From contig CAUFMB010000005.1 of NCBI GenBank assembly GCA_959026535.1, forward strand, positions 348 through 64,347: 64,000 nucleotides of DNA, given 5' to 3'. Of the stretch, positions 1 through 9,299 are shown in pieces; the first letter of the stretch is position 1, and the number at the start of each line of letters is the position of its first letter. Source of the DNA: an uncultured Collinsella sp. (GTDB lineage Bacteria; Actinomycetota; Coriobacteriia; Coriobacteriales; Coriobacteriaceae). Under the pieces are notes generated by a model. That model did not search any database, had not been told where the DNA came from, and was given only the letters and a program-made list of their open reading frames with translations. The position numbers were made by a program, and so were the translations under genes.

Positions 1-171
1 GGTTTCCAGACTCGTCTTGTCGTCCCGATAGTAACCGTCAATGGCAAACCCTTCGGAAGCGCATTCCTGCATATAGGACGTTTCCCGGCTTATAGCAAAC
101 AGCCCTGTAGCGCCCAGGAGCACAGCCAGGCAGACCACTGCAAGGGTTATCGAAATAGCACGGCGACCCAT
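1..171 (-). CDS. 5' end (57 codons) of a gene continuing past the left edge; basic N-terminus followed by a hydrophobic anchor/signal-like helix
   Basis: Hand translation from ATG at 169-171 (minus): MGRRAISITLAVVCLAVLLGATGLFAISRETSYMQECASEGFAIDGYYRDDKTSLET. Too short for the ORF track. RBS is weak. Confidence 0.35.
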   Translation of the reverse strand, partial: MGRRAISITLAVVCLAVLLGATGLFAISRETSYMQECASEGFAIDGYYRDDKTSLET

Positions 172-361
172 GTTAGCCCAACCGATAGTTGTTTAACGGA
201 GCGCGAAACATACCTGGAACCTCCGATATCAGGGGGAACGTCGCCAGCAGGCTGACGACAACTATATGTTTCTAACATCAAACCATATGGCTGCCACTCG
301 CGGAGGGGGCATCGGCGAACGGCGTGTTTTCATACTCCATTGGTCAAACCTAAGCGCGGCC

Positions 362-865
362 CTACAGATCGTACTTGTACACGCGATAGATGTACTTTTC
401 GGCTTCCATCTCAAAGGTAGCGATGGGTAGACCATACCGATCGTACTCGGTAAAGGTCTTGGCCTGGCCCGATGCCACGAGCATGCTATTTGAATCGCCA
501 ACGCGCTGCGCACTGCTCACATAGCCCGAAAACGGCACGGCGATCTGGTCCTCAAGTTCGTAGGTGCGCGCCGTCTCGTCCACTGTAAAGATGCGCCCAA
601 ACGAATGCGTGCCCTTGTTGTAGTCGGTCACCACCGCGGAGCCCAGCTGGCCCCAGTCGAACTTGGGATAGCTTTCGGCCGCACCAAAGTTGTTGTCGTA
701 TAGCAGCACCTGATAGCGACCGGTCGTTGCCGTGTCAGAACTCGGCAGATACGTCACGCTGTGCTGGCCCGCGTTGAGCGAAAAATCGCCCTGGGCCTGC
801 AGCAACTTGTCCTCAAAGCCCGAGCCGGCCCATTGCCACTCCTTTCTATTTCTGGATCCATCTTC
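362..865 (-). pseudogene. C-terminal remnant of an aryl-sulfate sulfotransferase (ASST, beta-propeller) family gene
   Basis: The ORF ends ...SGYVSSAQRVGDSNSMLVASGQAKTFTEYDRYGLPIATFEMEAEKYIYRVYKYDL, which resembles ASST C-termini from memory. The track start is a TTG. The frame is open only up to 865 (in-frame TGA at 866-868). There is no RBS, and full-length family members are several-fold longer. Confidence 0.45.
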
Positions 866-920
866 TCACTGTTGGCGGACGAAAATGATCCGTTTTCCTC
901 CGTCCCCGAGAGGTCATTTT

Positions 921-1880
921 TTAGTACTTGAAGAAGCCCTCGCCCGAGCTTTCGCCCAGCTTGCCTTCGTCGAGCATCTTCTTGAGGACGGACGCCATAG
1001 CCTTAAAGTTGTAGGGCATCATCATCTTTTTGAGCAACGGGCTCACCAGGCCCGGGACCTTCTGATACTGCATAACGATGTTGTAGGCCGTCTGGATACC
1101 CACGGTGTCGAATACGCGGAATGGGCCCTTGGGAGCGCCAGTGCCGCGCGTCCATGCGAGGTCGATACTCTTGGGGTCGCTGACGCCCGAGACGTACAGG
1201 TCCAGGCCCGAAAGCAACCACGGCACCAACATGGAGTTGAGCAGGTAGCCGTTCTTTTCCTTGTTGACGGGAAGCGCCAGCATGCGGATGTCGTTGGCGA
1301 AGTCGACGAGCTCGTCGAAGTAGCGCTTATCGGTCTGGTCCTGGGCCATGACCTCGGTCATGTTGTTCTTCCAGATGGAGTTGGCAAAGTGCAGCGACAG
1401 GTACTTCTCGGGGCGGCCGGTGTACTTGGCAAAGGTGCTCGGCAGCAGCGTGGAGGAGTTGGTGACGATGACGGTCTTTTGCGGCAGAACCGGGGCGAGC
1501 TTCTTGTAGAAGTCGATCTTTGCCTGTGTGTCCTCGGCCATAGACTCGATGACCAAGTCGGCGTCGGCAACGGCCTTGGCGAGGTCGAGCTCCAGCTTGA
1601 GTGTGGAGTAGGCACGCTCAACGGCGGCGAGCGCCGCCTCCCTGTCGAAGGTCTGGTCGCTATCGGCGATACCGGCACACCACTCGCCCGTACCGTCCGC
1701 CATACCCTCGATTGCCGCGATGTACTCCTCGCGCACATGATCGATCTTGGGCTGGGTACGGCCGATGCTGTCCTCGCTGCGCAGCCAAATCGTTACATCA
1801 AAGCCGCAGTAGGCTGCCTGAAAGGCAATCTGGCTTCCCAGCACGCCGCCGCCGACAACGCAAACGGTCTTGTAGCTCAT
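921..1880 (-). CDS. 3-hydroxyacyl-CoA dehydrogenase family protein (Hbd/FadB-like, NAD-binding)
   Basis: Rossmann motif VCVVGGGVLGSQIA. 3HCDH-like sequence over all 319 aa. GAGAGGA RBS about 8 nt upstream of the ATG. Confidence 0.85.
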   Translation of the reverse strand: MSYKTVCVVGGGVLGSQIAFQAAYCGFDVTIWLRSEDSIGRTQPKIDHVREEYIAAIEGMADGTGEWCAGIADSDQTFDREAALAAVERAYSTLKLELDLAKAVADADLVIESMAEDTQAKIDFYKKLAPVLPQKTVIVTNSSTLLPSTFAKYTGRPEKYLSLHFANSIWKNNMTEVMAQDQTDKRYFDELVDFANDIRMLALPVNKEKNGYLLNSMLVPWLLSGLDLYVSGVSDPKSIDLAWTRGTGAPKGPFRVFDTVGIQTAYNIVMQYQKVPGLVSPLLKKMMMPYNFKAMASVLKKMLDEGKLGESSGEGFFKY

Positions 1881-2050
1881 AGGAACAGTCCTCTCTTACG
1901 TAATTCCATAGATGTGTATTTATTCAACCGTAAGGGGACAGCACGCTGGGGGTGGGTTCTATAAACGGACGGTAATTTGCGGCGAACGGCTACACCTGTT
2001 CATTAACTCTCGATTTTGAGGGCATTTTTTGGCGCTGCTGAACCGCTGTT

Positions 2051-2177
2051 TTCGGAAGTGCGGGGAAAAATAGGGTTTCGCCGACCAGACCGGCTTTTTT
2101 ACAACAAAACCGCAGGTCGCGAGAGTCTAAAAAGGCGGTGTGCTCGGGAGGTTCGCGTTTTTCCCCGCACTTCCGAA
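2051..2177. repeat. Inverted-repeat-bounded intergenic element (20-bp perfect arms, 87-bp core)
   Basis: Arms are TTCGGAAGTGCGGGGAAAAA (2051-2070) and TTTTTCCCCGCACTTCCGAA (2158-2177). The core contains TTTTTTACAACAAAACCGCAGG, which is shared with the element at 38781-38960. Confidence 0.7.
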
Positions 2178-2228
2178 ATTCGAGTGCACAGAAGGCTGCG
2201 ACAAAACGATTTGCGCAACATATGTCCA

Positions 2229-2268
2229 GCAAAAACGGGTGGTAGCCGGTACGGCTACCACCCGTTTG
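2229..2268 (-). terminator. Rho-independent terminator of the 1593-aa gene
   Basis: Minus strand reads ACGGGTGGTAGCCG-tac-CGGCTACCACCCGT followed by TTTTTGCTGG, about 30 nt after the stop codon. Confidence 0.75.
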
Positions 2269-2295
2269 TCTCATATCTAGCACATAGCAGGCCAA

Positions 2296-5200
2296 CTACT
2301 TCTTAATGCCGCGTCCCAGGCGCTCAGCGACCGACGCCACGGCACTCTCGTCGACCGAGCCGCAGCTCACGCAGCCATCGTGGGCACGCATCTGGCCAGT
2401 GACCTCGTCCATCGCGAGCGGCGCCACCTTCTCGAGCTTAAAGCCCTTGCCGGCGCGCATGTTTTCCTTGGCCACGCTGATCATGAGCTTAATGCGGTTG
2501 AGCTGGTTGACCTCGGACGCACCGGGGTCGTAGTCCACCGCGACAATGTTGCTCTCGGGATGCTGGCGGCGCAGCTCCTTGATCACGGCCTTACCCACCA
2601 CGTGGTTGGGCAGGCACGCGAAGGGCTGCGTGCAGATAATGTTGGGCGCACCGTGGTCAATCAGGTCGAGCATCTCGGCCGTGAGCAGCCAGCCCTCGCC
2701 CATGTTGTTGCACACCGAAAGCACCGTGCGGGCCTTGTCAGCCATGGTACCGATGCGCTCGGGTGCCTCAAAGCGGCGGGACTTTTCGAGCATCTCCTCC
2801 ACCGGCGTACGCATCCAGTCCACGAGCTTGATGAGCGCCTGCATGCCCGCACGCGTGGTAGCAGAGCTACCCAGCTCGTCCTTCTGCAGCTCGGCGTTGC
2901 TCATGGAGTACAGGAAGAAGTCGAGCAGGCCCGGTACCACGGCCTCGCAGCCCTCGCGCTCAATGACATCGACCACGTGGTTGTTGGCCGTGGGATGGAA
3001 CTTGACCAGGATCTCGCCAACCACGCCCACGCGCGGCTTGGTACCCTCGCCCACAAGCGGCATGGTGTCGAACGCGCGGATGGCCTCGCGGCACAACTTG
3101 GTGTAGTTGTGCCTGTTGAACTTAGGCGCCAGCTTGCGGGCGCGCGCCATGTACTCCTCGTAGAGTGCGTTGGCGGCACCGGGCGTGGCCTCGTACGGGC
3201 GGCAACGATAGAGCATCTGCATCATGACGTCACCAAAGAGCACTGCGTAGACTGCCTGCTTAAGCAGTGCCGGCGTAATCTTAAAGCCGGGGTTGTCCTC
3301 ACCGAGCGCCACGGCCGAAAGCGAGATCACCGGGATCTCGGGGTGGCCGCTCTCGCGCAGGGCCTTGCGGATGAGTGCGATGTAGTTGGTGGCACGGCAG
3401 CCGCCGCCGGTCTGGCTGATAACCACGGCCGTCTTGGACAGGTCGTACCGACCGCTCTCGATGGCCTCCATAATCTGGCCCGTCACCAGGATCGACGGAT
3501 AGCAAATGTCATTGTTCACGTAGCGCAAGCCAGCCTCGACGGCATCGTGGTCGGTCGAGGGCAGCAGCTCCAAGTTGTAGCCGGCACCGCGGAACACCTC
3601 TTTGACCAGGTCAAAGTGAATCGGCGCCATCTGCGGGCACAGGATGGTGTAGCCCTCCTCGCGCATCTGCTCGGTAAAGGGCACCTTGGGCCACGCGGTC
3701 GAAGCACTCTCACGCTGCGCCTCAAACGTGTACTTGCGGCTCGCGAACGCGGGGGCATCCGTGGAGGCCGCCACCGGCGCGGCATCGCCTTGCTCGTAGG
3801 CCTCGCCCGCGGCCGTGGCATCGGCCAGGCGCTCGGCCTCCTGGTCCTTGAGCGCTGCCATGAGCGAGCGGATGCGGATGCGCGCGGCACCCAGGTTAGA
3901 CACCTCGTCGATCTTAAGCACGGTGTAGATCTTGCCGCTGGCTTCCAGAATCTCCTGCACCTGATCGGTGGTCAGAGCGTCCAGGCCGCAGCCGAAGGAA
4001 TTGAGCTGGATCAGGTCCAGGTCGTTGCGCATCGTCACAAAACGGGCGACGGCGTACAGGCGGCTGTGGTACATCCACTGGTCGACGACGCGAATCGGAC
4101 GCTCGGGCTTTACCAGATGCGCAAGCGAATCCTCGGTAAAGACCGCAAAGCCAAAGCTCGAGATAAGTTCGGGCAGGGCGTGGTTGATCTCGGGGTCGTT
4201 ATGGTAGGGACGACCGGCGAGCACGATGCCGTGACCGCCATGGTCCTCGACCCACTTAAGAGCCTCCTCGCCCATGGTCTGGATATCCTCGTGGAAACGC
4301 GCATCGGCCTCAAAAGCAGCGTTGACGGCGGCATCGACCTCGGAGCGCGTGATCTTGGGACCGCGCACGCGACCGCGACCGGCTTGCGCATCGGCCACAC
4401 GGTCGACGGCGAGCACCTGGTACAGACGGCGCTTAAGCTCGGTCTTATCGTGATACGGCACAAACGGATACAGGAACTCGATGTTCTGTTCGCGAATCTC
4501 GTCGATGTTGAGCGCCAGCGCTGTGGGGTAGCTCATGACGATGGGGCAGTTGTAACAGTTGCCAGCCGTCGGATCCTCCTTGCGCTCCCAGCGCACGCAC
4601 GGCATCCAGATGAAGTCGACATCGCGGTCGATGAGGTTCATCACATGGCCGTGGCTCATCTTTGCCGGGTAGCACACGCTCTCGGACGGCATGGACTCGA
4701 TGCCCGCCTGGTAGGTCTTTTTGCTCGACTGGTCGGACAGCTGCACGCTAAAGCCCAGGCGCGTAAAGAACGCGTGCCAGAAGGGGTAGTTCTCGTACAT
4801 GTTGAGTGCGCGCGGGATACCCACGGTGCCGCGCGGGGCCTCGTCGGGACTCAGGATCTCGCGGTTAAAGAGCAGCTCGTTTTTCTTTTTGAAAAGGTTG
4901 GGGGCCTCAGTCTTCTGCTTTTTGTGGCCGGCGCCCTTCTCGCAGCGGTTGCCGGTAATGAAGCGCCTGCCGCCGCCAAAGTCGTTGACGGTAAGCTGGC
5001 AGTTGTTAGAGCAACGGCCGCAGCGGACATGCTTTTGCGTCACGGTAAGGTGCGCGATGTCCTCGGCAGAAAGAATGGTCGAGGTGCCGTCGGCGCCGGC
5101 GCGATCGCGGGCGAGCAGGGCCGCACCGTAGGCGCCCATGCAGCCGGCGATGTCGGGACGCACGGCATGAACGCCGGTGAGCTGCTCAAATGCGCGCAGC

Positions 5201-7077
5201 GTGGCATCGGACATAAAGGTGCCGCCCTGGACGATCACCTGGCTGCCGATCTCCTTGGGGTCGCGCAGCTTAATGACCTTGAACAGGGCGTTCTTGATGA
5301 CGGAATAGGACAGGCCGGCCGCGATGTCGCCCACCGTGGCGCCTTCCTTTTGCGCCTGCTTGACGCGCGAGTTCATAAAGACCGTGCAGCGGCTGCCCAG
5401 GTCGACGGGAGCCTTAGCATGGATGGCGGCATCGGCGAACGCGCGCACGTCCATGTTCATAGACACGGCGAAACTCTCGATAAAGCTGCCGCAGCCCGAC
5501 GAGCAAGCCTCGTTGAGCATGATGTGCTCGATGACGCCGTCCTTGACGCGCAGACACTTCATGTCCTGGCCGCCAATGTCCAGGATAAACTCGACGCCGG
5601 GCAGGAATGCCTTGGCGCCGCGCAGGTGCGCGACGGTCTCGATCTCGCCGGAATCGGCCTTGAGGGCCTCGATGAGCAGTGCCTCGCCGTAGCCCGTGGT
5701 GGTCACGTGGCCGATGGTGCAGCCGGCGGGGATGTGGTTGTAGAAATCGGCCATGATGACCTTGGCCGTGCCCAGGATGTCACCGTTGTTGTTGCCGTAC
5801 CAGGTGTGCAACAGCTGGCCGTCCTCGCCCACGAGCGCGGCCTTCATGGTGGTGGAACCGGCGTCGATACCGATGAACACGCGGCCGGTGTAGCCGTCGA
5901 GCTTACCCTTGGGGACGACTTCCTGGTCGTGGCGGGTTTTGAACTCGGCGAAGTCCTCGTCGGTGGCAAAGAGCGGATCCAGGCGCTCGACCTCGGCACC
6001 CTGTGTGTCACCCAGGGCATCGATAGCCTCGATGAGCTGCGGGAACGTGCTGAGCTTGTTGGACTCATGCGCCATGGCGGCGCCGCTCGCCACAAACAGG
6101 TGGGCGTTTTGGGGCACAATACGGTGCTCCTCGTCCAGGTTGAGCGTGAGGTAGAAGCGATGGCGCAGCTCGGAGAGATACTGCAGCGGGCCGCCCAGGA
6201 AGGCGACGTTGCCGCGGATGGGACGGCCGCACGCCAGGCCCGAGATGGTCTGGGTCACGACGGCTTGGAAGATGGAGGCCGCCACGTCCTCGGGGCGGGC
6301 GCCCTCGTTGAGCAGCGGCTGGACGTCGGTCTTGGCAAAAACGCCGCAGCGGCTGGCGATGGGATAGATGGTGGTGGCGTTGGCCGCGAGTTCGTTAAGG
6401 CCGCTGGCGTCGGTGTGCAGCAGGGTTGCCATCTGGTCGATGAACGCGCCCGTACCGCCGGCACAGGTGCCGTTCATGCGCTGCTCGATGCCGTTGTCGA
6501 AGTAGATGATCTTGGCGTCCTCGCCGCCCAGCTCGATGGCGACATCGGTGGCCGGGATGAGGGTCTCGACAGCGCGCTTGCTGGCGATGACCTCCTGGAC
6601 AAACTCCAGGTCGAGCCACTGGGACAGCAGCAGGCCGCCCGAGCCGGTAATGGCGCAGGTCATCTGGGCCGTCGGCAGCACGGTCGCAGCGCCCTCGAAC
6701 AGGTCGCGGGCGCAGGCGCGGACGTCGGTGTGGTGGCGCTGGTACTTGGCGTAGACGATCTGGTTGTCGTCGTTGAGGACGGCAAGTTTAACGGTGGTGG
6801 AGCCCACGTCGATGCCCAGGTGCAGGTTGCCGCGGGCGTTCTCGGGGTTGAAGATCGCGCCTTCGGGGGCCTGGCCGGCGGCTACGGGCTCGGTGGCGGT
6901 GGCGGGCTCGCTAGCGACGGACGTCTCCCCTGCCGCGTTCTTGGCATCGGCAACTGCCTCGGCAACTTTCTCGGCAGCCGCGGTCGCGGCCTTCTGCGCG
7001 GCGTCCACCACGGTGGGCGCGGCCTCGCGTGCGGCAGCGACCATGCGGTCCTTGATGCCCTCGACGAGTTTGCTCAT
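2296..7077 (-). CDS. Giant fusion protein: two BadF/BadG/BcrA/BcrD (HgdC-like) ATPase 'activase' modules plus 2-hydroxyacyl-CoA-dehydratase/DUF2229-like Fe-S modules ('CoA-substrate-specific enzyme activase' family)
   Basis: Two actin-fold ATPase starts (LGIDVGSTTVKLAVL and IGIDAGSTTMKAALV). Cys cluster CGRCSNNC. HgdB/D-like C-terminal region (ICTQPFACLPNHVVGKA). About 85-aa Ala-rich low-complexity N-terminus. Confidence 0.85.
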   Translation of the reverse strand: MSKLVEGIKDRMVAAAREAAPTVVDAAQKAATAAAEKVAEAVADAKNAAGETSVASEPATATEPVAAGQAPEGAIFNPENARGNLHLGIDVGSTTVKLAVLNDDNQIVYAKYQRHHTDVRACARDLFEGAATVLPTAQMTCAITGSGGLLLSQWLDLEFVQEVIASKRAVETLIPATDVAIELGGEDAKIIYFDNGIEQRMNGTCAGGTGAFIDQMATLLHTDASGLNELAANATTIYPIASRCGVFAKTDVQPLLNEGARPEDVAASIFQAVVTQTISGLACGRPIRGNVAFLGGPLQYLSELRHRFYLTLNLDEEHRIVPQNAHLFVASGAAMAHESNKLSTFPQLIEAIDALGDTQGAEVERLDPLFATDEDFAEFKTRHDQEVVPKGKLDGYTGRVFIGIDAGSTTMKAALVGEDGQLLHTWYGNNNGDILGTAKVIMADFYNHIPAGCTIGHVTTTGYGEALLIEALKADSGEIETVAHLRGAKAFLPGVEFILDIGGQDMKCLRVKDGVIEHIMLNEACSSGCGSFIESFAVSMNMDVRAFADAAIHAKAPVDLGSRCTVFMNSRVKQAQKEGATVGDIAAGLSYSVIKNALFKVIKLRDPKEIGSQVIVQGGTFMSDATLRAFEQLTGVHAVRPDIAGCMGAYGAALLARDRAGADGTSTILSAEDIAHLTVTQKHVRCGRCSNNCQLTVNDFGGGRRFITGNRCEKGAGHKKQKTEAPNLFKKKNELLFNREILSPDEAPRGTVGIPRALNMYENYPFWHAFFTRLGFSVQLSDQSSKKTYQAGIESMPSESVCYPAKMSHGHVMNLIDRDVDFIWMPCVRWERKEDPTAGNCYNCPIVMSYPTALALNIDEIREQNIEFLYPFVPYHDKTELKRRLYQVLAVDRVADAQAGRGRVRGPKITRSEVDAAVNAAFEADARFHEDIQTMGEEALKWVEDHGGHGIVLAGRPYHNDPEINHALPELISSFGFAVFTEDSLAHLVKPERPIRVVDQWMYHSRLYAVARFVTMRNDLDLIQLNSFGCGLDALTTDQVQEILEASGKIYTVLKIDEVSNLGAARIRIRSLMAALKDQEAERLADATAAGEAYEQGDAAPVAASTDAPAFASRKYTFEAQRESASTAWPKVPFTEQMREEGYTILCPQMAPIHFDLVKEVFRGAGYNLELLPSTDHDAVEAGLRYVNNDICYPSILVTGQIMEAIESGRYDLSKTAVVISQTGGGCRATNYIALIRKALRESGHPEIPVISLSAVALGEDNPGFKITPALLKQAVYAVLFGDVMMQMLYRCRPYEATPGAANALYEEYMARARKLAPKFNRHNYTKLCREAIRAFDTMPLVGEGTKPRVGVVGEILVKFHPTANNHVVDVIEREGCEAVVPGLLDFFLYSMSNAELQKDELGSSATTRAGMQALIKLVDWMRTPVEEMLEKSRRFEAPERIGTMADKARTVLSVCNNMGEGWLLTAEMLDLIDHGAPNIICTQPFACLPNHVVGKAVIKELRRQHPESNIVAVDYDPGASEVNQLNRIKLMISVAKENMRAGKGFKLEKVAPLAMDEVTGQMRAHDGCVSCGSVDESAVASVAERLGRGIKK

Positions 7078-7088
7078 TGTCTCTCCTC

Positions 7089-7799
7089 TTAGTTGTTGGA
7101 CTCGACGGTTGCGGCGGTGTCGGCCGCGTCCTCGAGCTGCAGGTTCAATAGCTTCATGCCGTATTCCGGCACGTTGATATCGATGGGTTGGCCATACAGG
7201 TCACCAGGGCGCACAAAAGCGAGCACCGTCATAATGCGCGCCATGGCCTCGGGCGATTCGGTGAGCCCACGCTCAAACCAGCACTGAATCATGCCGACCT
7301 CGGCGCTCACGACGTAGGTGACGTAGTAGTCAAAGAACGTGCCCAGCGCCAGGCCCAAAATGCCCGTCTGCGCACGCGGCACCACGGCCTCACGAGCGGT
7401 GTCGATGATCCTTTTAATGAAGGCCTGGTCGCCGCCCGGACCCAGCAGCGCACCGATTAAGTCGCGGTTGGCCGCAAGATAACGCAGCAGCTCAACCGAA
7501 CCGGGCGCCGGCTCGAGCTCATCGATGTTGTGATAGAGGTCGGGCAGCTGAGCTGCGGTGATGAGCTCAATGCGCTCACGGATCTCGGCCAGCAAGCCAT
7601 CCTCGATTTGATTGATAAAGTCGGGAATATCGCGGTAGTGCGAATAGAACGTGCGGCGCGTAAGGCCGGCGCGCTCGGTGAGCGACGCGACATTAATGCG
7701 CGAAAGGTCGCCGCTTTCGGCAAGCTCGCTGGCAAGTGCCTGGCGAAGGGCACGCTGCGAGCGAAGGGACCGGCGATCGCATTTCTCGAGCTGGGACAA
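7089..7799 (-). CDS. TetR/AcrR family transcriptional regulator
   Basis: HTH INVASLTERAGLTRRTFYSHYRDIPDF. Its stop lies 12 nt upstream of the giant gene, so they are probably one operon. Confidence 0.85.
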   Translation of the reverse strand: MSQLEKCDRRSLRSQRALRQALASELAESGDLSRINVASLTERAGLTRRTFYSHYRDIPDFINQIEDGLLAEIRERIELITAAQLPDLYHNIDELEPAPGSVELLRYLAANRDLIGALLGPGGDQAFIKRIIDTAREAVVPRAQTGILGLALGTFFDYYVTYVVSAEVGMIQCWFERGLTESPEAMARIMTVLAFVRPGDLYGQPIDINVPEYGMKLLNLQLEDAADTAATVESNN

Positions 7800-7820
7800 G
7801 CGTCCTCCTTGTTACTCAAC

Positions 7821-7865
7821 CTGTGCGCTATTGCACAGTGCGAGTATTATTGCACACCGTGTGCA
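7821..7865. promoter_or_regulatory. Operator-like palindromes and direct repeats upstream of the tetR-activase operon
   Basis: CTGTGCgctatTGCACAG (7821-7838), TGCACAccgTGTGCA (7851-7865), and TATTGCACA at about 7829 and 7849. All lie 20-65 nt upstream of the TetR start. Confidence 0.3.
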
Positions 7866-7891
7866 TCAACACGTAAAGGCAATATTTTGGA

Positions 7892-7920
7892 TGTGACAAA
7901 GGGACAGTCCCTTTGTCACA
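7892..7920. repeat. 29-bp perfect palindrome TGTGACAAAGGGA-CAG-TCCCTTTGTCACA
   Basis: Read directly. It lies about 130 nt downstream of the small ORF at 8049-8174 (minus) and has no U-tract on either strand. Confidence 0.8.
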
Positions 7921-8048
7921 ACCCACCTGGCTTTTGGAGCGGCATTACCGATTGTCCAAAATGTCATTCGTGGGTAGAATAATGTCGACGGCAGCCCAAG
8001 TTCTGGAAAGCTGGGCAGCGCCGTTGTTTGCATTAGGGGGTCAACGCC

Positions 8049-8174
8049 TTAGCGGCGGCGACCCCTTCTGTTGCGCTTCGAACGCTGCTTGAGTGCCTCG
8101 GAAAGGCCGACAAGCGCCGTGAAGAACGAGACCAACGCGGTCAGAAGTCTCACGAAATCAATCAAATCGGTCAT
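8049..8174 (-). CDS. Unannotated 41-aa hydrophobic/basic peptide (type I toxin-like or small membrane protein)
   Basis: Sequence MTDLIDFVRLLTALVSFFTALVGLSEALKQRSKRNRRGRRR. GGGAGGTG RBS 6 nt upstream of the ATG. Third codon positions are mostly G/C, as in neighbouring genes. Extended -10-like TGATAGAAT at about 8239-8247 (minus). Confidence 0.4.
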   Translation of the reverse strand: MTDLIDFVRLLTALVSFFTALVGLSEALKQRSKRNRRGRRR

Positions 8175-8301
8175 GGGCATCACCTCCCATCAGATGGAGG
8201 GCGTTGCCCGGCACATGGAACTGCCGCCAACGATACCGATTCTATCAAAACTTAGTTATATATACGAATATATGTTCGCATGCCAAGGGTGCAGGGCCCT
8301 C

Positions 8302-8328
8302 GTGGCAAAAGGACAGTCCTTTTGTCAC
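8302..8328. repeat. Second copy of the palindrome (GTGGCAAAAGGA-CAG-TCCTTTTGTCAC)
   Basis: Same architecture and CAG centre as 7892-7920. It starts 2 nt after the HAD gene stop codon. Confidence 0.75.
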
Positions 8329-8329
8329 A

Positions 8330-9187
8330 TCATTCGATGACGGTGTGGGAGTTTTGCTTGCGCATGGTGGCGAGCATGTGTTTGGGGACGGTGTGGACCA
8401 TGCAGCTGCCGATGGTCGCGCTCGCGGCGGCCTTGGCTGCATCGCTTGCGTTTTTGGTCGCGTAGCTGTGGCGGAAACGCTTGAGCATGGCAATGTCGTT
8501 GCCGCCGTCGCCGTAGACCGCGACCTCGTCCTCGGCAATACCGTAGTAACCCGCCAGCCAGGCCACGCTCTCGCCCTTGTTGCACGCTACGTCCGTAATC
8601 TCAAACATCACCGGGTCAAACGGCGCGTTGACCACGCGGTCCGAGCGCTCGACCAAATACGCCTTAAGGTCGCGCTCCAGCTCGGGCGAGGTCACGCGGC
8701 AGTTGATCTTGCACACATCGTGGCGCAGAATGTCACCGATCGATTGGTCGAAATATTGTTCCTCGTGATACCCGCCACGTGCACGCATGCCACGCATCAC
8801 GATACGCTTGATAGGGCTGTCCTTTTTAAAGCCCGCTTGGTGCATCTCGAACGAACCGCTCGAAAACATGCCATCGGGCGTGGAGCAATCAAAACAGATA
8901 TCCGGAAACTCCTTGAGCAGATCCTCGGTAACCTGCGGATCGATGGTCCAGGTTTTGAGCACCTCGCCATGACTGTCGCGCACGATTGATCCATTGGAGC
9001 AGCAGGCGTCAAGCGCCAGGCCCGTAAAGCCATGCTCACCAATCGGCAGCGTCGAGCGCCCGGTCGCGGGAACCACATGCAAGCCAGCCTCGGTCAGCTC
9101 GCGAATGGCATGGCGGATGGTCCCATCTGCCTCGTGCAGGGCGTTGAGCAGCGTTCCGTCTAAGTCGCTCGCAAACATCTTGATCAT
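8330..9187 (-). CDS. Cof-type HAD-IIB family hydrolase (sugar-phosphate phosphatase-like)
   Basis: MIKMFASDLDGTLL (DxDGT motif) and YGDGGNDIAML (motif IV). Start moved to the ATG at 9187, which has an AGGAAAGG RBS 6 nt upstream. The track ORF runs to 9268. Confidence 0.85.
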   Translation of the reverse strand: MIKMFASDLDGTLLNALHEADGTIRHAIRELTEAGLHVVPATGRSTLPIGEHGFTGLALDACCSNGSIVRDSHGEVLKTWTIDPQVTEDLLKEFPDICFDCSTPDGMFSSGSFEMHQAGFKKDSPIKRIVMRGMRARGGYHEEQYFDQSIGDILRHDVCKINCRVTSPELERDLKAYLVERSDRVVNAPFDPVMFEITDVACNKGESVAWLAGYYGIAEDEVAVYGDGGNDIAMLKRFRHSYATKNASDAAKAAASATIGSCMVHTVPKHMLATMRKQNSHTVIE

Positions 9188-9299
9188 GGGCATGCCTTTC
9201 CTTCGTCTGCACGATATTGTAGGCGAAGGAGAGGCTCGTTCTCGTATGGGCGTTCCACGCCGCAGCAATCGTTTCTGTTAAACCGCTGCACTGCGAACG

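Noticed and set aside
2380-7092. 1570-aa ORF on the plus strand, antisense to the giant activase-fusion gene
   Set aside because: This is a typical high-GC shadow ORF. It is Arg/Gly/Ala/His/Leu-rich, low in complexity and has no recognisable motifs. The minus-strand frame carries clear domain signatures.
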